DNA of 64,000 nt from sequence record NC_061451.1; one strand, written 5' to 3'. Position 1 is the first letter of the stretch; every line of letters starts with the position of its first letter. Shown here piece after piece: positions 28,181 through 35,620 of the stretch. Both the position numbers and the translations under genes were made by a program. The notes below the pieces were generated by a model, which worked only from the letters and a program-made list of their open reading frames with translations, made no database searches and was not told where the DNA came from.

Positions 28181-28791
28181 CCGAGACGCGCCAGAATCTG
28201 TCGAACCACCTCAGACACAGATGCCGTTTCAGTATCGATAACAAGATCGAAACCACCTGGCACTTGCTTGTAGCGTTCGCTGTATTGCTCGAACACTTCT
28301 TTGGTCTGACGTTGTTCTATGCGGTCTTCACCACCAACGCGATGTTTACGGCGCTCTACCGAAGTCTCATAAGAAACATTCAGCAGCACAGTAAGGCGCT
28401 TCTCAGGTGCGAGCACTTCCCACGTATGACGATAGATGCGATCATTGATATCCGAATCACCCGCTTGATAAACGAAGGTGGACGGGTAACCACGGTCAGC
28501 AATAATCATCGTGTTAGGTTCGTTGGCGAGAATACGCTCGTAGGAATTCATGGTCGATGAACGCGCGGCCAAGAACAGTAGCATTTCGGTGCGACTGTCC
28601 ATATCTGTTGCGAGGCCGCCTCTGTCGTTAAGCAGAATATCACGCAGATGTTCTGACAAAGGAGTACCACCAGGCTCGCGCAGTCTCAGGACCTGAGAAC
28701 CACGTTGTTGCAAAATTTCGGAGATTGCTGTGCAAACGGTAGATTTGCCAGAACCTTCGGGACCTTCTACTAAAAGATAAACAGAGTTCAT
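28177..28791 (-). CDS. tmk: Thymidylate (dTMP) kinase
   Basis: P-loop EGPEGSGKST, REPGGT, LLFLAAR, DRGYPSTFVYQ. Confidence 0.92.
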   Translation of the reverse strand: MNSVYLLVEGPEGSGKSTVCTAISEILQQRGSQVLRLREPGGTPLSEHLRDILLNDRGGLATDMDSRTEMLLFLAARSSTMNSYERILANEPNTMIIADRGYPSTFVYQAGDSDINDRIYRHTWEVLAPEKRLTVLLNVSYETSVERRKHRVGGEDRIEQRQTKEVFEQYSERYKQVPGGFDLVIDTETASVSEVVRQILARLG

Positions 28792-28800
28792 AGGGATTCC

Positions 28801-29292
28801 TTAGGCAAATCGCCCACCACGCCATGCGGCCTTGATGAGCAACTTAGCCACGATTTCGTTCTTCATTGTCTTTCGCTTTGCATTGCTACGGACAAATGCA
28901 GAGCCGAACTTATTCACGACAATCAAACCAACACCGCTCACGCGTATGCGTTCAATTATTCTATCGCCGTGAGATTCAAACAGGGCTTCGTCTATGGCAA
29001 AGTACATACGCATACAAAACGGTAGATACTTGTGCCACTTCTTATCAGTATTGAAATCGGCCCAGCAACTCTTAACCTCAGTGATAATCATATCGCATTT
29101 GGTATTAAGGCAGAACACGTCTGCTCTTAGGTTGCCTTGCTTAATCAAACCCAGCTCAACATGACAGGAATAACGTTTGTCAATCCAATAACGCTGAGCT
29201 GCCTCAGTGATAAACATAGTCCTATCAGGACGACTCATTGAGGTAAAGACTGCCTGTGTTTGACGTTCAGCTTTGCGGCGCTTAAAGGCCAT
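28801..29292 (-). CDS. mmcB: MmcB-family PD-(D/E)xK DNA repair nuclease
   Basis: RADVFCL...IITEVKSCWADFNTDKKWHKYLPFCMRMYFA. Confidence 0.8.
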   Translation of the reverse strand: MAFKRRKAERQTQAVFTSMSRPDRTMFITEAAQRYWIDKRYSCHVELGLIKQGNLRADVFCLNTKCDMIITEVKSCWADFNTDKKWHKYLPFCMRMYFAIDEALFESHGDRIIERIRVSGVGLIVVNKFGSAFVRSNAKRKTMKNEIVAKLLIKAAWRGGRFA

Positions 29293-29737
29293 ACGAGTCG
29301 ATAATGTCCAGCGCCTGAGCTAAAATTGGGCGGAGTTTCTTGTCCACCTTCTTTAGAGCTTTATCAGCACTGAACCACTTACGCTCACGCATGCCTGCTT
29401 CATCGTATTCAGTCAGTTCCTGCTTGACCTTCATGATGAACCATTCAACGTTCTGGGCGCGGCCGGTCTTGCCTTTAACATACTTCATAATGTCGATGAA
29501 GTCTTTAGGCTTACCGAGAATGCCGCCTTCTTCCATGGCTTCTTTAAGCGCGGAATCCAGTGGCGTCATACCTTTCTCAACGCCACCTTTAGGGAATCCC
29601 CAATTGTTTCCGTGTGTGGTGCGAATCAACAAGATCTGCACTTCACCTTTTTTCTTTTTGTATGGGACAACGCCTGACTGCTTACGCGCTTTCTTTTCAG
29701 AAGGCAGCTTAGCAGAGAGTGACACATTCAGCATCAT
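29282..29737 (-). CDS. Nudix hydrolase
   Basis: QSGVVPY...ILLI...WGFPKGGVEKGMTPLDSALKEAMEEGG (Nudix box with R to K), EAGMRERKWF. Confidence 0.9.
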   Translation of the reverse strand: MMLNVSLSAKLPSEKKARKQSGVVPYKKKKGEVQILLIRTTHGNNWGFPKGGVEKGMTPLDSALKEAMEEGGILGKPKDFIDIMKYVKGKTGRAQNVEWFIMKVKQELTEYDEAGMRERKWFSADKALKKVDKKLRPILAQALDIIDSYGL

Positions 29738-30234
29738 AGATAATCACTTCCACGAGGCATGTTCACTTCCCAGCGTCCAGAGTTGTCTACCCACAGACCG
29801 TTATCCTGCAGGCGCTTGTACGCATCATACAGAGAGCATGAGGCGAGCACTTGCAGTTCGGTGCCGAAGTCCGACATTGAATAGCTATAGATAGATTCAG
29901 GCAAATATGACAGGCGTTGGCCTTCATAAGAGTCGTGAACAATACAACCATCAGCATCAGTTACAACGGCGTGAGATGCAACAATGGTAGGCCCCAGAAC
30001 AACGATACGATAGTCTGGGTGCTTGTTGTAGTTGCGCTGAATGAACAACGCAGCTTCTGCAAACGGACGTGCGACTTGCGCAGCGCGTGTGCAGTTTTGT
30101 TCAAACGCAGATTCAGACAAAGAGCGTGCACCAGTCAGATTCATGGCCGATGCAAAAATCATTGTTGTCAGATCGTTTGGTGCGATAGCTGTGGGGAAGA
30201 ACTTCGTGCCCCACGCTTGATCTAAAGAAAGCAT
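29734..30234 (-). CDS. Hypothetical protein
   Basis: 166 aa, RBS AAGGAG, preceded by GCTAATTT; contains SLSESA. Confidence 0.65.
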   Translation of the reverse strand: MLSLDQAWGTKFFPTAIAPNDLTTMIFASAMNLTGARSLSESAFEQNCTRAAQVARPFAEAALFIQRNYNKHPDYRIVVLGPTIVASHAVVTDADGCIVHDSYEGQRLSYLPESIYSYSMSDFGTELQVLASCSLYDAYKRLQDNGLWVDNSGRWEVNMPRGSDYL

Positions 30235-30264
30235 GGACCGTCTCCTTATTCGATAGTCTAAACT

Positions 30265-30272
30265 AAATTAGC
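30265..30272 (-). promoter_or_regulatory. Candidate late promoter GCTAATTT
   Basis: Exact motif 30 nt upstream of the 30234 start. Confidence 0.55.
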
Positions 30273-30273
30273 G

Positions 30274-30564
30274 TTAATCAGCAGGACAGATAAGGACTTG
30301 TCTGCGATTCTGCATAAAAGACTTTGGAGCAGGGCCACCTATCACGATAGCGTATTTTAACAGGAAGCCAGGCTTCTTTGTCGCTACGTTACAGCCACCG
30401 TGTGAAAGAGCTGCCAGAGCTTGACTGCGAAAAGGACCGGTCAAGCACAGCGTATGAGCGAAGAAGGGTTTGCTCACCTTCTTCATTGTTCTGCTCATTA
30501 GAGCGCGGATAGCTTCGCATTGTTCCGCAGTAGGTTCAGCACCGCAATAAACATCGAAATGCAT
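30274..30564 (-). CDS. Small protein, possibly a stand-alone BRCT-like domain
   Basis: LCLTGPFRSQALAALSHGGCNVAT...YAIVIG resembles the BRCT beta1/alpha1/GG pattern. Confidence 0.45.
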   Translation of the reverse strand: MHFDVYCGAEPTAEQCEAIRALMSRTMKKVSKPFFAHTLCLTGPFRSQALAALSHGGCNVATKKPGFLLKYAIVIGGPAPKSFMQNRRQVLICPAD

Positions 30565-31265
30565 TATGCGCCCTTAATAGTCATCAGGCTCTTGTACAGG
30601 CCGAACTTCTTCGAGAAGTCAGCAAGCGCATAGCCAGCCATATCTGCGGAATCAATCTGCTTAGTAATCAGCTTGCAGTTGGACGCGCTCAGGTTGTTTG
30701 CATTGTCTTCGTACAGGACAAGGGTATGACCATCATAGCGCTTATCGTCTGTGAAGAACACACCAAACTCTTTCCACGAGCGCGTGCCATACTCAAGGAC
30801 AAACACCGACGTTTCATAGAAGCCTGTGCCCATCTCCTGACTGTTGTCATTGAGGAAGTGCTGGTCAACGTGGTCAGCAGCAACAACGTCAATCGTAATG
30901 AACTCACACACCTCAGGACAGTTGCGCAACCACGCACGCATACTGCGCTCAAAATACGCAGCCAGTGCGCAGCAGATGCAGCTACGATTGTTCGGGTCTT
31001 TATCGACACGCGGGATAGCTGTCAGCAGACGGTCCTGCACAGCCCACGAGATGAAATCTGTGTCCAGACGTCCATCCGAGTACTCGTATTCTTCGTCGTT
31101 GATAACAAACAGATTGTGGCGCTGCATGTTGATGTTGCCTAACACATGCTTAACGCGGTTCATCTGCCCGTAAGGGAATTGGAATAGAACCTCGGTATTG
31201 ATAACACGAGGTACGCCATTTTCTAAGTAGGCAAACTCCATAGGGTGCCGTAATACAGAACGCAT
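30564..31265 (-). CDS. Hypothetical protein
   Basis: 233 aa, RBS AAGGA, TAATG coupling to the downstream gene. Confidence 0.6.
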   Translation of the reverse strand: MRSVLRHPMEFAYLENGVPRVINTEVLFQFPYGQMNRVKHVLGNINMQRHNLFVINDEEYEYSDGRLDTDFISWAVQDRLLTAIPRVDKDPNNRSCICCALAAYFERSMRAWLRNCPEVCEFITIDVVAADHVDQHFLNDNSQEMGTGFYETSVFVLEYGTRSWKEFGVFFTDDKRYDGHTLVLYEDNANNLSASNCKLITKQIDSADMAGYALADFSKKFGLYKSLMTIKGA

Positions 31266-31275
31266 TGTCTTTCCT

Positions 31276-32064
31276 TTAGTTCAGGTGGATTATCTGGCCA
31301 TTAGCTGTAATGTCTTGACCTGCTTCAATTCCGACGCGGCCTTTGACGTCCAGAGTATCATCGCCCTTTATTGTGGTCTTGCGATTACCTTCAATCACAA
31401 CTGTCTGATTGCCTGTAATCTTCGTGTACTGATTACCGCCATCACCTTTCGCAACACCAGCAAACTTGATGCGCTTCTTAGGGTCAGGCTTGAGAGCTTT
31501 AGGCGTCATTGTCGGGTCATTCAAGATATAATCAGGAATGTCGTTCTTGCTGCCTGTGACGATAAGCTGTTGGTTGCCTACGATTGTCTGATTCACGTCA
31601 CCCATGATCGTCATATTGAAATCACCAGACGTCACAAGGAAATGTTCGTTAGTCAGACGGTCAATAATCAACTGCGTGCCTGTAGACAGACGAACGCCCA
31701 CGCGATGCGGATAGTTGATCAAGAACTCGGGCAGCTTATCGGCCTCTGTCATGCGCACGTTGGTGCTGTATACACCTTCATGCAACTGACCAGTAGGGAA
31801 TCTGACTGATACCTTAGCGCCCATCATAGGAACAAACTGTGCGCCGAACACAGTTCCAGTAGAGCCACCTTTGAGTCCTTCAAGATGACCGATGCCTGGA
31901 CGAATCCACGGAATCATCTCATCAGGAATATCATCGGTAAGCCCCATGATGCGTGCGCGTATCATCTGAATCTTCTTGGGGTCTGAGCTATCAATAACAA
32001 TAGCCTCGTACTCCATTTGCGGGTCAATCCCTTTCTTTGAGTTTACAGCATTTAGAGGAATCAT
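31276..32064 (-). CDS. Baseplate central spike (gp5/VgrG-like OB-fold plus beta-helix, no lysozyme domain)
   Basis: AIVIDSSDPKKIQMIRARI...PWIRP...VPMMGAKVSVRF OB-fold; GDVNQTIVGNQ / GNQTVVIEGNRKTTIKGDDT beta-helix repeats. Confidence 0.85.
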   Translation of the reverse strand: MIPLNAVNSKKGIDPQMEYEAIVIDSSDPKKIQMIRARIMGLTDDIPDEMIPWIRPGIGHLEGLKGGSTGTVFGAQFVPMMGAKVSVRFPTGQLHEGVYSTNVRMTEADKLPEFLINYPHRVGVRLSTGTQLIIDRLTNEHFLVTSGDFNMTIMGDVNQTIVGNQQLIVTGSKNDIPDYILNDPTMTPKALKPDPKKRIKFAGVAKGDGGNQYTKITGNQTVVIEGNRKTTIKGDDTLDVKGRVGIEAGQDITANGQIIHLN

Positions 32065-33959
32065 TGTTTTACTCGCGGTAGGTACATCTCAAGTTTCTCA
32101 CCGTCTGGCGTGCCTGTTTTATTAGAGCCGTCAACAGTGCCGTCACCGAGAGAGCACAGGAAGTTACGCAGGTCTTCTTCTGCTTGTCTGATCAACTGGC
32201 TCAAGTTAGTGCTCGGACCCATCAGCTTACTAATAGAGGAAGCATCGAGACACTTGTCAGGCAGAGAGTTGTCCAGCATCTTCTGCATATCATCAAGTTT
32301 GTTTGAGACGCAGCGCTGGTTGATCTGAGGACCATCAAGATACTCAGCAGGGATATCACCGTTAGCGATAAGACCGTTAATGTCACCAGTCATGCCGCCG
32401 AGCATATTCTCCATGCTGTCTAAGCGACCTGCAAGTCCATCGAGTATGCCTGTCTTATAGTTGATGGACAGGTCAACGCTCATCTTCTGGAGTTTGTTGA
32501 GCGCAGCACACATACCCGTAAGCAGCTTGGCTAGGCTGAACTCCTGCATAAGACTGTTCAGGTAGTCAGCGCCTTCGCCATACTTAGCGGCCAGCTCTGG
32601 GAACTTGAACGCTTCGCTGTCTACTTGGAACTGGTTGAGCATCACATCGAGTTTAAGGCTGTGTTGCTGTGCAATCCAATCGAGCGGGCTAGCACCATCA
32701 AGCGCCTGTTTGATGTTCGCGTTAATCTGCATAGGGCGCAGAATGTTAGCGACTGTATCGAGTGGAGTAAGGATGATGTTCTTACCGCCACCGATATTCG
32801 ACGTGCCTTCAACAGGAGTGAAGTTACGCGCCAGCAAAAATGCTTCACTGTACATGTGACCAGAGTAAACGCGTGTGCGACCGATGATAATCCACTTGCC
32901 TGACAGCTTCTCATCGAGAATCAGTTCACGGTTAGAAGACACCATACCAGCTGTCACTTCGACAATATCAAACAGGTCAACCTCAGGACAGCCGCCCATG
33001 ATTAGTGCGCGTGCAGTCTCGGTATACGTCATTGCCTGACGCTTGTTTGAATAGAACGCCTGCATGTATTTATCGTGCAGGTTAATGTCATTCGAAGGTC
33101 TGGCGTAGGCTTTGCGTGCACCAACAATATCACCACGCGTATCACTGTTGATATTGAGAGGGTCACGGCCTTTAACAGTCACTGTGGACATTTCATTGAC
33201 AGCGCCTTTGCTATCAGCCCACAGCAGCTTGTCACCATAGTTCGACATACCGTTGAAGATACCGCTAAGTGATTTCGGTCGGAACTCATGCACGTTATAT
33301 TCAGGACTACGACCTGTTGGCGTGTGGTTGAACGTCCAGTAAGCTACAGGGTCTTTGTCGAACTGCGCATTGAGGTCACGCACTATCATGCGCTTGTCTG
33401 CGCTGATAATCATCTTAGGTGCAGCTTCTTCCGATATCCAGATGTGCTGCTCAATCTCCGACGCAAACTTCTTAGGCGAACACGCAGCAGACACCCAACT
33501 CATAATGTCTTTGGTCTGCATATCACCTGCATCAAGCGTAAGCCCACACGACTGTGCGACTGTGCGTAGCGCTTCAAGGCTGGTGGATCGCATTGCATAC
33601 GAGCGAGAGTCAAAGAGGAACTTGGGTGCATCGATAGCACACAGCACGTTCATCATATGGAAGCCACCCTCGTCGTACTCACGCACGGCAAACACACTAA
33701 ACGTCAGTGTCGTAGACCTGTCAACTGAGGGACCAGTGGTTATCGTGATCTTTGTACCATCAACGATAGCGTGGGAGCTACGCAGGATATTCGTGCGATC
33801 AGCTAATACGAGAAGACAGGCAGGAACAGCGAAGGTGTTTTCATACGTGTGAACGTTGCGAACAAGATTCGGTGCATCCGGAGGAGCTTTACCGTCAAGC
33901 AACAGACCAAAGTAGCCCTGATTCTTGACGCCACCAGCGGAAGGATTTTCCATCGCCAT
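32061..33959 (-). CDS. Baseplate hub protein (gp27/VgrG N-terminal-like) with a helical C-terminal extension
   Basis: 632 aa next to the spike; ends of hub domain SGKWIIIGRTRVY...EAFLLAR. Confidence 0.65.
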   Translation of the reverse strand: MAMENPSAGGVKNQGYFGLLLDGKAPPDAPNLVRNVHTYENTFAVPACLLVLADRTNILRSSHAIVDGTKITITTGPSVDRSTTLTFSVFAVREYDEGGFHMMNVLCAIDAPKFLFDSRSYAMRSTSLEALRTVAQSCGLTLDAGDMQTKDIMSWVSAACSPKKFASEIEQHIWISEEAAPKMIISADKRMIVRDLNAQFDKDPVAYWTFNHTPTGRSPEYNVHEFRPKSLSGIFNGMSNYGDKLLWADSKGAVNEMSTVTVKGRDPLNINSDTRGDIVGARKAYARPSNDINLHDKYMQAFYSNKRQAMTYTETARALIMGGCPEVDLFDIVEVTAGMVSSNRELILDEKLSGKWIIIGRTRVYSGHMYSEAFLLARNFTPVEGTSNIGGGKNIILTPLDTVANILRPMQINANIKQALDGASPLDWIAQQHSLKLDVMLNQFQVDSEAFKFPELAAKYGEGADYLNSLMQEFSLAKLLTGMCAALNKLQKMSVDLSINYKTGILDGLAGRLDSMENMLGGMTGDINGLIANGDIPAEYLDGPQINQRCVSNKLDDMQKMLDNSLPDKCLDASSISKLMGPSTNLSQLIRQAEEDLRNFLCSLGDGTVDGSNKTGTPDGEKLEMYLPRVKQ

Positions 33960-33962
33960 ATT

Positions 33963-34175
33963 TTACTCCAGAATGCGAAAAGGCCCGCTAACAAAGCGGA
34001 TAGCTATGTTACTCAGGCCATGTTGTTTCAACAGTTTTGCACAGCAGTTGCAGCAAAGTCTTTTGTCAGTTGGATTGATTACGGACGAGGCGTATTCGCT
34101 TATCACGTAATTGTCGTACGGTTCATCGCAGAACTGACACAGCTCCTGCTTTTCGAGTGATACTCGGATGCGCAT
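33963..34175 (-). CDS. Small zinc-finger protein
   Basis: CQFC...CCNCC. Confidence 0.55.
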   Translation of the reverse strand: MRIRVSLEKQELCQFCDEPYDNYVISEYASSVINPTDKRLCCNCCAKLLKQHGLSNIAIRFVSGPFRILE

Positions 34176-34177
34176 GG

Positions 34178-34600
34178 TTAGCCCTCGGCGTCAAGCTCCA
34201 GCGCAATGGCTTTCAGTTTCGCAGCAAGCAACTTAATCTCAGAAGACTTGGCTTGCATGTTAAAGCCACCACGCCCTGGTTTTATTTCGGAGTCTTTCTT
34301 CGTGTTGTACCACTTGCGCACTTCTACGACACGGTTACCGGCATCATCGTTAGCGAGATCAACAGACAGGAAGGTGTTAGGGCCGATAGCGATGCGAAAC
34401 AGCTCTGGCGCAGAAGTCTCTTTGCGAGTCTTCTTTGCTTTCTCTTTCACAGGCTCAGACTTTTTAGACTTCTTAGCAGGCTTCGCTAACTCTCCCTTAG
34501 CAGGCTTCTCTGCCTCACGTTCAACAGGCTTAACCTTGCTCAGGGTCTTCTTGATCTTCTTCGCTTTCGCGCCAACGATTTTGCCGTTAACCATTGCCAT
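34178..34600 (-). CDS. Lys-rich protein with a PC4/YdbC-like ssDNA-binding domain
   Basis: Basic tail, then IAIGPNTFLSV...VEVRKWY...KPGRGGFNM resembling the PC4 'DIRxW/Y...PGKKGISL' motif. Confidence 0.65.
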   Translation of the reverse strand: MAMVNGKIVGAKAKKIKKTLSKVKPVEREAEKPAKGELAKPAKKSKKSEPVKEKAKKTRKETSAPELFRIAIGPNTFLSVDLANDDAGNRVVEVRKWYNTKKDSEIKPGRGGFNMQAKSSEIKLLAAKLKAIALELDAEG

Positions 34601-34890
34601 TAGATTTGCGTCCTCTTAACTTGCTTTATTGCAGCACTAGGACGAGGCTGGGGAATAGCAACGAGTGCGCCTGCCAGCATCTCGGATGAGTGAACCCATC
34701 CGTTAGCTATCAGAATATTCCGCCAGTATGCGTTAGTGCTGAGTTCTTTGTACGACAGCAACTGAGGATTTCCCTCCATAGATGCGTCGATACGTTTGGT
34801 CGTGAACAACGATCTGTCCACGTCATCGAATACAGAAACAGACAGCGGGTCAATTCCCCACTTGTCTATGTTAGCGATAGTTTCAGCCAT
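34600..34890 (-). CDS. Baseplate wedge protein, T4 gp53 / LysM-like
   Basis: PQLLSYKELSTNAYWRNILIANG...GALVAIP. Confidence 0.7.
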   Translation of the reverse strand: MAETIANIDKWGIDPLSVSVFDDVDRSLFTTKRIDASMEGNPQLLSYKELSTNAYWRNILIANGWVHSSEMLAGALVAIPQPRPSAAIKQVKRTQI

Positions 34891-35609
34891 TTTTTCAGAT
34901 CCTCACGAGTCACGGCAAAGTAACTGCTTACCTGCAGGACGAAGTCAACGGAGATTGGATTTCCTGTACCATCTTCCCACACGTTGTCGAAGTTAGCACT
35001 GACGCTATCAACAACGCAAGGTGTCATAGAGAAGAAATTACCAATATCAACTGAAAACGCCTCGTCATCAGAAAACTCTATGTTCTGTCCCGCTTGAGCA
35101 GCAGCCGCATTAGCGATTGCTTTAGCAGGGCTTGGGCCTGGCGCAACAAGTATACCGCCTACCTCAGACGGAGCACACAGGCTCAACAGATTATAGGTTG
35201 TCTCGACGACTTCACTGCGCGTGTCATCGTAAGCATCAACGAAGATAGGGAGGTCAAGCGTAAAGTAACTTGGTCCTCCCCACATCTTGAAGCTGGCCAA
35301 CTTGTGAATGGAGCTGGCACCACCGAGCTTTAACGCAGAGTCAGCAGTGCCTGCGAGTCTACCCAACATACCGCCAGACCTATCAGAGATCCCCTGACCG
35401 ATTGAAGTGTCCCCGAAAGGAGCACTCCAACCGCTTGACAGAGAGAACGTAAAGTCGGGTGGCACGAATCCGGTAAACTTGATGGTACCGCTTTTGTTGT
35501 AGATCTGAACACGGTACATGTTATCGACGCTTATCACGTCACCACGTTGTCGTGCAGTACCCACAGCAGTGGCGGTATTACCATCAGCAGGAATCAGATA
35601 GTTAGCCAC
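34866..35609 (-). CDS. Tail tube initiator / baseplate-tube junction protein (gp48/gp54-like)
   Basis: Tube-fold-like C-terminus (IGNFFSMTPCVVDSVSANFD...PISVDFVLQ); sits between tape measure and gp53-like genes. Confidence 0.55.
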   Translation of the reverse strand: MANYLIPADGNTATAVGTARQRGDVISVDNMYRVQIYNKSGTIKFTGFVPPDFTFSLSSGWSAPFGDTSIGQGISDRSGGMLGRLAGTADSALKLGGASSIHKLASFKMWGGPSYFTLDLPIFVDAYDDTRSEVVETTYNLLSLCAPSEVGGILVAPGPSPAKAIANAAAAQAGQNIEFSDDEAFSVDIGNFFSMTPCVVDSVSANFDNVWEDGTGNPISVDFVLQVSSYFAVTREDLKKWLKLSLT

Positions 35610-35620
35610 AGATAGTCCTC

